DNA of 31,370 nucleotides from a virus. Lineage: Duplodnaviria; Caudoviricetes. Below are positions 6,629-16,433 of this stretch, piece by piece (within the stretch, counting starts at the first letter, position 1; the number at the start of each line of letters is the position of its first letter). Position numbers and translations under genes: made by a program. The stretch is from IMG/VR virus record IMGVR_UViG_3300033076_000282, positions 1 through 31,370 of that record. The stretch is one strand, 5' to 3'. The notes below the pieces were generated by a model. It was not told the origin of the DNA and ran no database searches. It saw nothing but the letters and a program-made list of their open reading frames with translations.

Positions 6629-9600
6629 AGTCCCGCACCTGCACCCCACCAATGGTGTTCTTCTCGCGCTTCTTCTGCTCGGCGCGAGCGCGCAGCAGCT
6701 CCGACCGGCTGGTCTTCTTGAAGCCGTACTGGTCCTTGGTGGTCTGCAGCGCCTCCCACTGTGCCTCGATCTCCCGCATAGTACCGGTGTCACGAGACTC
6801 CTGCGCCTGCGCGTAGGCCCGCTTGAGCGACGCTGTGCGCTGCTTGAAGTGTTCCTCGTACACGACCTTCTGTGCGTTGATCCGCTGTGCGTTGAGCTTC
6901 ACCGTGGGCGCGAAGCCGAGAGCCTGCAGGAATACGTTGACCTCGCCCACTTCCTCGGGGGACAGCAGCATGTCGCCGTTCTTCTTCTCGTAGCCGCGTG
7001 TGGCCAGTTCGTAGGCGCGCACCGCGTTCGTAACACCAGACGGTAGTGCCTCACCCAGCGCCCGCAGATACTCGCCCTGCTGCACAGCCTCAAGCCCACG
7101 CTGTGCCTTGTCGGCCAGACCAGCCGACGGCCCGAGTACCGCGAACGTCGCATCCCGCAAGCCGTCGCGCGAGTCCAGCTCGGAGTAATTCAGGAACGGG
7201 AACGGGTTGTGCAGAGTGCCGAGGCCGAGGCCGTTGGCCAGCTCAACTCCGACCAGCGTGCCGATGCCGCGCGCCGCGACCCCGCCGCCCACCAGATCAG
7301 TCAGCCACTTCTCACCATCGAGCGGCTCGTCATCGTCCTTGAAGATCGCGGAACCGATGACACCGAACAGCTGCGCAGCCGGAAGACCGACGGCACCTGT
7401 GACCAGAGCCAGCTGCCCCGTCATGTATGCAAGAGCGCGACGTGCCTCGGGCGAAGTCTTGGAATCCTTGATCATGCCGAGCCACAGCGCCAGCTGGCCC
7501 AGCTGGTACTTGCGGAACTGAGTCACGACCTTCGGCAGCATGTTAAAGTAGCGCGGCTGGTTCCGGTTCGAGTAGTCGAACTGCGTGCGTGCCAGCACGT
7601 CCTCCATCGCCTCCACCTTCCCGCCCGACAGACGGTAGGCAGCCAGCGCCGACGAGACGCGGTTAATGTATTCAACCTGGCCCGACAGCGTGCGGAAGAC
7701 GTGGGTCGCCTCCGACATGAACCGGGCCGGACCATCGCTGGCTTCCCAGTATCCTTGGTCGTACTGCTGCCCAAGTTCGAGCAGACCCGTGAACTGCATC
7801 TTCTGCAGCGCCTCGATCTCGTCACGGCTCACACCCTTGAGCTTTGACAGATCGACCTTGCCCTTCCAGAACTCCGCAGACTTCATCTGCGGACCGATGG
7901 CTTTGTACGCATCATAGAGCGCACCGTAGGCCCGGCCGCCGTGCTTGCCCGCAAGGTACGGAGCCGACACCATCCACGGCTGCAACGAGTTCATGAGGTA
8001 ATACCGAGGCGACATCGCAAGATGGTACAGCGACGAGGCTGCCATCAGCTTGTCCTGGATCGGCGTCTCTTCGGCCATCATCTGCTGGTTGTGCCGCATA
8101 AGAACTTCACGCAGCACCCGCTTGCGCTCCTGATAGCCTTCGTCCCGGACGCTGGACTCCTTGTTGATCATGGTTTGCATGACCTGACCAATCTCGTAGC
8201 GATCCGTAATCTGTGCGAGGATGTGTGCGTCGGCACGCCCCTTCTGCGCAAACGACCGGAGCATGTCATCGTCGGCACCGTCGATGCCTTCACGATACTG
8301 GTCGTGTTGCCGAGCCGAAGTCTCTGCGAGCGTGCGGATGTAGAGGTCCTTCACCAAGTTCTCGATGTCGCGAGTCGTCTTGCGCCCGAGCTTGTCGGTC
8401 TCACCCAACTCCTTCACCATCAAATCCTTGAACCGCTGCATCTGCATGATCGGAGACTCTCCGATCTGCTCGAACGTCTCGCTGCGCAGCGCCGAGTACA
8501 GCTGCCCACCCTTGAACGCCGGGTTCTTCTGCAGCTTCTCCAGCAGTACAACGTCGGCATCGGCCTGCGAGTCACGGAAGAACACCGCGTAGTGGTTCGG
8601 GTCCACACGCAGGTTGCCCAGCTCGGCGCGTTCGGCCTTCGAGGCGTCGCCAGACTTGACCTTGTTTTCCAGCTCCACGAACCGCGCCGACTTGGCGACA
8701 GCAGCATACTTGCCGAACCGTGACAGCGGCGCGTAGGGTCCGTCGAGCTTGGGCACCATCTTGTTGAACAGCTTGAGTTCGCGCTGCTTGCGCTCCTCGA
8801 TCGACTGGCGCTCCTCGGCGGTCAGTGCGTTGGCGAGATCGCCCGCCGTCTCGTTCTCGATGTACTTAGTCACTGCCGTCTGCAGATCGGCGCGGGCCTT
8901 GTCCGAATACTGGAACATCGCATCCGCCACGGCAAACGCATCCGGGAACTCCGCGCGGAACTTATCCGTCAGCTCCTTCGCCTTCGGATCAATCTTGACC
9001 GGCTCCGTCTTCCACGTCGGCTGGTAGCCCCACTTACCTGAAATCGTTGCTGCCTTGATATACTTGTTCAGCGCGTCACGCTTGGGCGTCTTTCCGCGGA
9101 CAGACCCGGCAACGCTGTCGAGGTTCATCGCGTCCACAACCAGCTGGTCGAGGGTCTTTACGTATTCGTTGGTCTTCGCCATCACAGCCTGCTGGATGTC
9201 GAACAGTCGCTTGGCAGACGGCAAGCCCTTACGAACAGCCTCTTCCATGAGGTTACGACCGAGCAGCGTACCGAGCTTGATGTTGCTAAGAGTATCGCTG
9301 GCAACAACAGCGAGGTTGATCAGCGGCTCCGGCACGCCGCGTGCGGAGAGCGTCGAGCGAAGACCCATCGAGCGCGACTTTAGAATCTCAGGTGCGTTTG
9401 CGATCGAGCTGATCGGAGCATCTGCCCGCTGAAACGACGGAGCCGCAGGCTGTGCGGTGTTAGGCGATAACCGGCCAACACCCGTGCGGAACGTGCGAGC
9501 GCCATCGTCCGGCGCTCCCCGCTGAACTTTGGCGTGAGCAGCACGAAGTACTGCACGCACCTCCGAGTCGGTGAACCGTTCGGTCAAACCCATCCGACGT

Positions 9601-12600
9601 GCGAACCGCACGAGCCAGTCACGGATCGCCTCGTAGGCAGACTTGATGGCGCGGCTGTAATCCGCACCAGTTTCCGATACCTCGGCCAACGCCTCTTCGG
9701 TGAAGTACAGCTGCGGGTTCTTGACCTCGAACTGCCCGCGTGCGGCTTCGCGCAGCTGGTTCGCCAGCTCCCGGACCTTCGGGTTTCCGCGGTACATCTG
9801 CCGCAAGATATTATCCAGCTCCCCACGGAACGCGATTTCAAGTCCGTAGTGTCCCAGCACCTCGTGGAACACCAGACCCTTGATCGTGTCACGATCGGTC
9901 GCAAACTCCAGCGGGATCGCCACGACACGGGTGCCATCACGGTACGACTGATAGAGCGCCTTGTACGGTGGCTGTCCAAGACGGTCGGCTTCCCGATTGT
10001 AGCTGTTGGCCAGCACGGCTTCGCGCGGATTGCGCGGAGCGTCAGGATCAAAGACGAATACCTCGTCGGGCATGTTCGTCCAGTCCTTCGTGATCTCGTT
10101 GAGCCACGCCTCGGCCTGCGTCTGTGCGGGGTTCTCGGGAGGACGGCGACGCCCGGACGCAGGAGAGAACCGCTCGGCGGTATCTTCGTCGGGCTCCTGG
10201 AATACGGCGTTGTCGGCTTCCTCCTGCACGGGCGCGTCTGCACGAGTGGGCTGTGCGACGCTCTGGTTCAGCGGCATCCCTGCCAGCTCAAGCGTCGTAT
10301 CGACGAGAGCCTTGGCATCGTCGGGCGTCGTGTTCGGGTTGATGATCGTATCGACGACACCGTTGATGTCTCGGTTCGACACACCAGCTGCGCCAATAGC
10401 GCGTTCCAGCCTGCGGAGCTGGAGCTGTTTGATGTGCGCGTTTGCGTCACCCTTGGGCGGGCGCGTGGCCAGCTCGTCGATCCGATCACGAACCTGCGCG
10501 TTCGTCTCGTTGGCGGCAGCCTTGCGAACCTTGCCAGTCTCCGTGAAGAAATCCAGCTGCGCGTCTTCGGCTGCCGGGGTGGTCGGCTCAGGCGCAGCGG
10601 CAGCGGCGGGTTCCTTCGGAGCACGAGCGGCGATTGCAGCCTTGGCATCAGTACCCACAAACGAAAGCGGGAGCGCGCCCTGTGTACCAGGAGTCGCAGC
10701 CTTCTCGATGGCAGCGAGCGCGTCACGCACCTGCTTCACCTGCTTTAAGCGGTCGCCCACGTTGAGCTTCTGCATATTGCTGATGTTGTTGATCAGCGCG
10801 TCGAGCTGAGAGCCAAACGTATCGCCCAGCGTTTCGTTCAGAGCCTCGAACTTGGCCCCCAACTCTGCCATCATCGAGCGCAGCGCATCAGTGTCAGCCA
10901 TCGGCTTAAGAGCTTTGATGCGCCCCACACGATCGAGCTGTGCCTGCTGCTGCTTGTTCGCCGTGCCCGGTGCCGGGCGTGCCGGTTCCTCAACGAGCGC
11001 AGCCTGTGCAGGGTTTGCCTGCTCGAACTTCTCAGGCAGCGTAGAGGTCGGTGACTTCACACCCTCGGCTTTGCCAATGGACCGCGCGGTCTTGGCGAGT
11101 TTCTTCACTTCGGCATCCGTCGGTAGCGGGTTCTCCCCGAACACCTTGGCAGCCTTGAGCTTGCTCATGAACTTGACGACGCTGCCGCCAGCCGGGTCCG
11201 ACTGTACTTCGCGAAGCAGCGCCTCACGCGTCATCTGCAGCTGTGCCGGATCGTACTGCACAGGCTGCAAGTCAGCTTCCTGCTGCGCAACTTTGGCCTC
11301 TGCCACCGCTTGCTTGCGCGCATTGAGTTCGGCCTGCGGGACTGCGACCGGTTGAGTTGCCGCCTGCTGCGCCTGCATCTGTGCGACGTTGGCATCAACG
11401 ACAGCCTGTCCGAGCTGTGCACCTTCTTTGGCGATTGGGATGCCAGGACCAGCCATCGCATCCACAAGGCCGCTATCCTGCACAGGGGCGGGCGGGGATA
11501 GAACAGCCGCGAAGTCGTCGAGGACCGCGATACCGTTCATGTAAGCATCGGCTACCGAATTCTTGAGGTTTCCCCGAGCCAGCTCCAGAGTAAGCTGCTC
11601 ACGCAGCTGAGATACTGTACCCGGAAAATCCGGCTCGACCCGAACCGCATCCCGGATAAAATTGGCGAGCTTTGCGATCTTGTTGTTGGTGAACTTCCCG
11701 TCCACGGTAGGCGCGATTGCGTTGCGCAACAGACTCTCATCAGCAATTACCGGACGCTCCAGCTGCGGGTCCATGTGGAAAACGCCCAAGCTGCCGATCG
11801 TCGGCTGCGTGCGCGCAAGATCACGACGCAGGCGCGTCCTCTCAAATTCGTCCAGGACGTTCCGAGCGCGAACGATTGCAGGCTGCAGCGTGTCCAGCTC
11901 TCCGGCGGCAAGGCGACCTTCTCGTAGGACCGCACCCTCGTACTGGTCGATAAATGATCGCGCAGCAGCAACGTCACCCGTTTCGACCGCGCGCTGCACT
12001 TCACGCGCCAATTCCCGAACAGGCTTGGTGAGCGTACCATTACCGCGAACAGCGGCGATGATCCCAGCCTGTCCCTGCGCACGCGCCAGGACGATGTCAC
12101 CTTCCGGTGTCACCGTGAAAATTTCGCCATCGCTCGGAGCGCGTGACATCTTCGAGAGATCAGGCTGCACGGGCGACGGAGCCCGCGGGGCGGGCGGCGT
12201 CTCTGTCGTCGCCAGTTCGCCCTTCGCATCGGCTTCGGCCGTTACAGTAGGATCAGTGCCTGCCGCGTTCGGGTCTGCACTAGGCACAGGCGCAACTTCC
12301 CGACGCCGATTGCCTGCAGGCAGCGCGCCCCCTAACACACCACCAACCAAGCCGCCGGTGACGGCGCTTTCGACCACGCGCTTCTGCGCGGCAGCCATAT
12401 CAAACTCTTCACCTTCGGGCGTGACTTGAGAGCGGGCAGCCTCCTGCAAGACCTGCTGCGCACCTTCGGCAGCGAACTCTTCGCCCGCCGTACGGACCAT
12501 CTTGCGACCAAACCGATTGATCGCGCCGCGTGCGACCTGCTCCCCGACTTCCGTGACAGGCGCACGCAGACCACTGAGTACCCGACCGCCGACACCTGTA

Positions 12601-13211
12601 AAGGTATCAAGCCCAGCCTGCGCCAGACCAGCAGCGCCCGCCGACATGAGATCGACTTCGCCGCCTTCTTCGATCTGAGCATCGAGGTTGCCGCCCGTCT
12701 GCTGCGCAGCGTTGCTTGCAAACGCCGTACTGAGACCAGCAGTCCGTGCCGCTGTGATACCGGCACCCAATGCACGCGCGCCTGCGAACGCAGCCCCGCC
12801 CGGCACGGCCATACCAGCAATCGCAGGGATCGTGTTCAGCGTTGCCTTGGCGACGTAGCTCGCACCCGAGCCGATGCCATCGACTTCATCCCACGACTGC
12901 GTAAACCCGGACGCTTCGGAGAGGCCCTGTGCCTCGGCCGCGCGCTCGTCGGCATAATTCTTGGCACCTTGCCAGCCGGTGAACTCACCGACCGTGCGAG
13001 CGATCGACCCTTTGGTCTGCTCCCAGCCAGCCTCAAGCTCACGGCTCACGCCGCCCTGGTTACGATTACGTGCTTCGAGCTGGATGCTATCCAGCTCCAT
13101 GCCGCGCTCGATCTCATCGAACACCGAACCACCCGACCCGGTCGGCATCGCCTCATCTGGCAGCTGCAGGGTCTCAATGTCGTCGAAGACGGACCGTCTA
13201 ATCCCTGCCAT
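6591..13211 (-). CDS. Large internal virion/DNA-ejection polyvalent protein with zincin-like metallopeptidase and PLxRFG domains
   Basis: 2206 aa, last gene of the structural arm. N-terminal Gly/Ala-rich hydrophobic segments; FHEVLGHYGL (9849-9866) with downstream TEEALAE; YAPLSRFGKY (8712-8729); C-terminal TQFDYS...QFRKY and hydrophobic Gly-rich helices typical of podophage ejection proteins. Confidence 0.78.
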   Translation of the reverse strand: MAGIRRSVFDDIETLQLPDEAMPTGSGGSVFDEIERGMELDSIQLEARNRNQGGVSRELEAGWEQTKGSIARTVGEFTGWQGAKNYADERAAEAQGLSEASGFTQSWDEVDGIGSGASYVAKATLNTIPAIAGMAVPGGAAFAGARALGAGITAARTAGLSTAFASNAAQQTGGNLDAQIEEGGEVDLMSAGAAGLAQAGLDTFTGVGGRVLSGLRAPVTEVGEQVARGAINRFGRKMVRTAGEEFAAEGAQQVLQEAARSQVTPEGEEFDMAAAQKRVVESAVTGGLVGGVLGGALPAGNRRREVAPVPSADPNAAGTDPTVTAEADAKGELATTETPPAPRAPSPVQPDLSKMSRAPSDGEIFTVTPEGDIVLARAQGQAGIIAAVRGNGTLTKPVRELAREVQRAVETGDVAAARSFIDQYEGAVLREGRLAAGELDTLQPAIVRARNVLDEFERTRLRRDLARTQPTIGSLGVFHMDPQLERPVIADESLLRNAIAPTVDGKFTNNKIAKLANFIRDAVRVEPDFPGTVSQLREQLTLELARGNLKNSVADAYMNGIAVLDDFAAVLSPPAPVQDSGLVDAMAGPGIPIAKEGAQLGQAVVDANVAQMQAQQAATQPVAVPQAELNARKQAVAEAKVAQQEADLQPVQYDPAQLQMTREALLREVQSDPAGGSVVKFMSKLKAAKVFGENPLPTDAEVKKLAKTARSIGKAEGVKSPTSTLPEKFEQANPAQAALVEEPARPAPGTANKQQQAQLDRVGRIKALKPMADTDALRSMMAELGAKFEALNETLGDTFGSQLDALINNISNMQKLNVGDRLKQVKQVRDALAAIEKAATPGTQGALPLSFVGTDAKAAIAARAPKEPAAAAAPEPTTPAAEDAQLDFFTETGKVRKAAANETNAQVRDRIDELATRPPKGDANAHIKQLQLRRLERAIGAAGVSNRDINGVVDTIINPNTTPDDAKALVDTTLELAGMPLNQSVAQPTRADAPVQEEADNAVFQEPDEDTAERFSPASGRRRPPENPAQTQAEAWLNEITKDWTNMPDEVFVFDPDAPRNPREAVLANSYNREADRLGQPPYKALYQSYRDGTRVVAIPLEFATDRDTIKGLVFHEVLGHYGLEIAFRGELDNILRQMYRGNPKVRELANQLREAARGQFEVKNPQLYFTEEALAEVSETGADYSRAIKSAYEAIRDWLVRFARRMGLTERFTDSEVRAVLRAAHAKVQRGAPDDGARTFRTGVGRLSPNTAQPAAPSFQRADAPISSIANAPEILKSRSMGLRSTLSARGVPEPLINLAVVASDTLSNIKLGTLLGRNLMEEAVRKGLPSAKRLFDIQQAVMAKTNEYVKTLDQLVVDAMNLDSVAGSVRGKTPKRDALNKYIKAATISGKWGYQPTWKTEPVKIDPKAKELTDKFRAEFPDAFAVADAMFQYSDKARADLQTAVTKYIENETAGDLANALTAEERQSIEERKQRELKLFNKMVPKLDGPYAPLSRFGKYAAVAKSARFVELENKVKSGDASKAERAELGNLRVDPNHYAVFFRDSQADADVVLLEKLQKNPAFKGGQLYSALRSETFEQIGESPIMQMQRFKDLMVKELGETDKLGRKTTRDIENLVKDLYIRTLAETSARQHDQYREGIDGADDDMLRSFAQKGRADAHILAQITDRYEIGQVMQTMINKESSVRDEGYQERKRVLREVLMRHNQQMMAEETPIQDKLMAASSLYHLAMSPRYYLMNSLQPWMVSAPYLAGKHGGRAYGALYDAYKAIGPQMKSAEFWKGKVDLSKLKGVSRDEIEALQKMQFTGLLELGQQYDQGYWEASDGPARFMSEATHVFRTLSGQVEYINRVSSALAAYRLSGGKVEAMEDVLARTQFDYSNRNQPRYFNMLPKVVTQFRKYQLGQLALWLGMIKDSKTSPEARRALAYMTGQLALVTGAVGLPAAQLFGVIGSAIFKDDDEPLDGEKWLTDLVGGGVAARGIGTLVGVELANGLGLGTLHNPFPFLNYSELDSRDGLRDATFAVLGPSAGLADKAQRGLEAVQQGEYLRALGEALPSGVTNAVRAYELATRGYEKKNGDMLLSPEEVGEVNVFLQALGFAPTVKLNAQRINAQKVVYEEHFKQRTASLKRAYAQAQESRDTGTMREIEAQWEALQTTKDQYGFKKTSRSELLRARAEQKKREKNTIGGVQVRDSNRRFVEQALEQ

Positions 13212-13219
13212 GTGTCACC

Positions 13220-14911
13220 TTAGTTGTAGATTGGTTGTCCGCGTGCCGTCCGCATAGGCTGCCCCGTCGTCGGGTCGATTCGTGGGAGCCCTTGTGACGG
13301 GTTGCGTGGGTTTACCGGGCCGGTCCGTTGCGGCACAGCGTTCGTCGTGGGTGCGGGCGTTGCCGCCTGCTGGAGTGCGCCCGCCGTGGCCTGCTGTACT
13401 GCCTGCGCAGCGAGCCGTCCATACACCGCGGCAGTCTCGGGCGGGAAGCCGCGAGCTTCCATCTGTCCGGCGATGAGTGCCGGGACATTCTCGATTGAGC
13501 CTGCCTCGCGCAGCACCTCTTGAGGCTTGGCCGTAGCGACACGCACAAACGCATCGGCCGACAACCGACCCGTTGGGGACTTCGGTGCCTCGACCTCAGT
13601 GGCAGGCGTAGACAACTGCATCATCTTGAGGAAACGGTTCTCGCGCACGCGAACCTTCGTCTGCTTACCCGTCTCAGGATCAGTCTCGACCTTCTCAACA
13701 ACATCGTAAGCATCATCGCCAATCGTGTTGGCAAGGCGCAGAGCTTCGGCCTCCATCTGCTTCCGATACTCGGGGTCGGCCAGCTTCTCACGGTCAAGGA
13801 ACATCGGAAGTTTCTCGTTGGCTTCGAGCTTCGCTTCCTCAGTAATCATCTTCGACTTCGTGATGGTCGCGGCGAGCTTGTCACCCATCGTGCCAGCCAT
13901 GTACGTGCCGAAGTTCTCACCCTGCGACAGTACCCCAGTGATACGGCCAAAGTCACGGAGCTGTCCGACCGACGTAACGAGTTGCTTCGAGATGGGCTTG
14001 CCCGTCTCATCGTCGATCTCGACAACCTCGTAGCCGACCTTCGTCGGAGTAACCTGCACCGACTTGCCGTCCGGTGTCGCGGCGTGGAACCGTTTCAGAT
14101 CGTCGATAAGCGAATCGACCTGACCCTGCACCCGTCCATCCAAAAGCGGCGTAGCATCGTCGATGCCATCCAGGCTCTGAATCTTGGCGGTGATGCCGTT
14201 GTTGAGTTGCTTGAGCTTCTTCTCGGTCAGCGAGAACGTCGCCTCATCTAGCTGCGCAGTCGATGCGCGCCGCGAGACTTCGTTCGTCTTGAGGCGGTCG
14301 TCCAGCTCACGGGTCTTGATGCCCCGATTGAACTGCAGCTCCTCACGCTCTCGAATATCGCGTGCGATGGCAGGCGTGATCCGGCCCGTGTACGCAGGCA
14401 GGCCACCAGCACGGGGTGCAGGCTCCTCGTCCAACGTCTCGGGATTGTCGCCGTACTTGGCGCGGTTGTTTGCGCCGACGCGTGCGGGCGGTGCGGGCGT
14501 AAAGCCACGCTCGCGAGCCATCGTACCCTCGGACTGTTCGTCTAGTGCAGCTGCCTGTTCAGGGCTCTGCGGGACCGGCATGCCGTCTTCGACCGGACCT
14601 CCCAGTTTGTTCGGCGCAGGGAGCGCGCCAGCACGGGATCGCCCCCCGCTCCCACCAGTCGGTGCGGGTGCGGCAGCGGCAGCCTTCTCGGCCAGCCCGC
14701 CCTGTCCACCGAAGTACGCATCCTCGGCAGCGCGGTCGGCCTCCTCACGCGCGTAGCGTCCGGCGGCTCGGCCTTCTGCGGCCTGTGCTCGCTTCTCAGC
14801 GGCCTGCGCCAGCTCATCACGGCGAGCGTTCTCATCCGCACGCAGCACGATGTCGCCACCTGCGCGGAAGCCCGCGACGAAGTCTCGAGAAAATGCGCCC
14901 CAGTTTACCAC
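13220..14911 (-). CDS. Putative internal virion (ejection) protein
   Basis: 563 aa, GTG start with GGAG RBS. Amphipathic N-terminus (WGAFSRDFVAGFRAG), then charged coiled coil and low-complexity linkers; lies between two other ejection-type genes. Confidence 0.6.
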   Translation of the reverse strand: MVNWGAFSRDFVAGFRAGGDIVLRADENARRDELAQAAEKRAQAAEGRAAGRYAREEADRAAEDAYFGGQGGLAEKAAAAAPAPTGGSGGRSRAGALPAPNKLGGPVEDGMPVPQSPEQAAALDEQSEGTMARERGFTPAPPARVGANNRAKYGDNPETLDEEPAPRAGGLPAYTGRITPAIARDIREREELQFNRGIKTRELDDRLKTNEVSRRASTAQLDEATFSLTEKKLKQLNNGITAKIQSLDGIDDATPLLDGRVQGQVDSLIDDLKRFHAATPDGKSVQVTPTKVGYEVVEIDDETGKPISKQLVTSVGQLRDFGRITGVLSQGENFGTYMAGTMGDKLAATITKSKMITEEAKLEANEKLPMFLDREKLADPEYRKQMEAEALRLANTIGDDAYDVVEKVETDPETGKQTKVRVRENRFLKMMQLSTPATEVEAPKSPTGRLSADAFVRVATAKPQEVLREAGSIENVPALIAGQMEARGFPPETAAVYGRLAAQAVQQATAGALQQAATPAPTTNAVPQRTGPVNPRNPSQGLPRIDPTTGQPMRTARGQPIYN

Positions 14912-15960
14912 GGCAGATACTCCACCTTGCTGTAATCGACCATCTTGTACCCGCCGACATCGAATACGGCGTCAGGGTAGAGCCGCTCAACTTCATCAGC
15001 CATGTAGCCGACGTGCCGCGGACCACCCCACACGTATTCGAACGTGTAAACATTGATGCCGTCTGAGCGGGTGCCGACGACCGTGATGTCTTTCTTGATG
15101 CGGCGATCCGAGAACATCGGGAGCTTGGAGATGAGGCCACCGGCAACCGTGCCGATGATGCCGCCGAACCCGCCGTCGTTGGCTGCCGCCTGCGTAGCCG
15201 CGCTCTGTGCGCTGGCCGCTGCGGACTTGCTGCCCTGGTAGATGTTCGTCTGAATCCCAGCCGCGCCTTCCAGCCCGGCAAGCGGAATCCCTGCACCGGA
15301 CCGGAGAGCGCCGGTGCTCTGCGAAGCGATGTCGCCACCGATGACACCAGACTGGAGTGACTGACCCGCCATCGGAGCAGCCTGCTGCCCGAGCCCAGCA
15401 CCGAAGTTGGCGGCCTGAGTCTTGAGCTGCATGCCCTCGGCGTTCGTAAGGTTGCGGAGACGGTTCATCTCCTGCGCCTTGACCAGCGCAGCCTGCATAT
15501 CGTTGCGGCCCTGCGCTGCGATAGCCTGACCGGACGTCGGGTTCACACCACGAGCCTGCAATCCGCGAGCCGTCTGCGCCTGCGCGTTGGCCTGCTGCGC
15601 TGTGATGTCGCCCATGACACCGATGCCCCGACGCTGTGCTTCCTGCTCAGGGTTGTACTCATCGACCATCTTGAAGAAGTTGCCGATCGCAGGCTTACCC
15701 ATCGTCTGGTAGGTATTCTCACGATCGCGGAACAGGCCCTGCTGCTGCTCGAACACTTGGTCCGCGCGTGCGATACCCTTGGCCTGTTCGGTCTGGATGG
15801 TGCGGAGCTGCGGGACGATGTAGTCCTTGTAGAACTTGTCCGTGAAGCTGACCATCTCGTCGCCGTACTTCGTCGCCTTCTCGGCGGCAGCCTTGGCTTC
15901 CTTGGTGTTTGAGCGGGCAGCTGCGGCTGCGCCACCGTCTTTCGTCTTGCCCATACTCAT
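14905..15960 (-). CDS. Putative ejection/pilot protein with C-terminal peptidase S74 intramolecular chaperone domain
   Basis: 351 aa. Ala/Gln-rich helical body with ARGVNPTSG motif, Gly-zipper GGFGGIIGTVAGGLI, then FSDRRIKKDI...YTFEY...GYMADEVERLYPDAV...GYKMVDYSKV (S74 signature). Confidence 0.75.
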   Translation of the reverse strand: MSMGKTKDGGAAAAARSNTKEAKAAAEKATKYGDEMVSFTDKFYKDYIVPQLRTIQTEQAKGIARADQVFEQQQGLFRDRENTYQTMGKPAIGNFFKMVDEYNPEQEAQRRGIGVMGDITAQQANAQAQTARGLQARGVNPTSGQAIAAQGRNDMQAALVKAQEMNRLRNLTNAEGMQLKTQAANFGAGLGQQAAPMAGQSLQSGVIGGDIASQSTGALRSGAGIPLAGLEGAAGIQTNIYQGSKSAAASAQSAATQAAANDGGFGGIIGTVAGGLISKLPMFSDRRIKKDITVVGTRSDGINVYTFEYVWGGPRHVGYMADEVERLYPDAVFDVGGYKMVDYSKVEYLPW

Positions 15961-16433
15961 GTCGCGTCTCCTGACAGCCAGCTGTCGATGTCGTCCTGAT
16001 CTGCACCAAAGAAGGACCAGATGTCCTGGCTGACTTCCCTCAAACGATCAAACCCCTGAGTAATGAACACGATCGCCTGGACGATCTGGATGTCCATGTT
16101 CCGCAGGGTGTACGCCAACGCTCGCTGGCTCCGTGTCCCGTCAGATAACGCATTAGCATCTTTCCAGGAGTTTATGCTGGAGATCATCAGCGGGGTCAAG
16201 TAAGTGGCGTGCTTCTGGTAGAAGCCGTTAAGCGGTAAATAGATCAGCGCCGCCATCATGGCGTCGTCGATGTCCTTCTGCGTAATGGGTTTGTCCTTGT
16301 CGATCAGGTCGTCCCACAGCTCCGTGATGTCGCAGATCAGGTTGAGGAACTGGACAGCCTCCACGTCCCCCGCAAACCACTCCATCAACTTCGCGTCACG
16401 TACTTGACGCCACTCTGGGGAATCCCACTTCAT
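15957..16433 (-). CDS. DDxxD-motif helical protein, class I isoprenoid synthase/prenyltransferase-like (putative)
   Basis: Probable start ATG at 16433 (TAATG overlap with the upstream stop), 158 aa, helical-looking. ELWDDLIDKD at about 16293-16322. The CDS is secure; the enzymatic call is tentative. Confidence 0.5.
   Translation of the reverse strand: MKWDSPEWRQVRDAKLMEWFAGDVEAVQFLNLICDITELWDDLIDKDKPITQKDIDDAMMAALIYLPLNGFYQKHATYLTPLMISSINSWKDANALSDGTRSQRALAYTLRNMDIQIVQAIVFITQGFDRLREVSQDIWSFFGADQDDIDSWLSGDAT

Noticed and set aside
9534-13223. Long + strand ORFs (9534-10748, 10006-10809, 11662-12429, 12426-13223) opposite the 2206-aa gene
   Set aside because: Antisense shadows expected from GC-rich codon bias; no recognisable motifs, and they lie on top of a well-supported gene.
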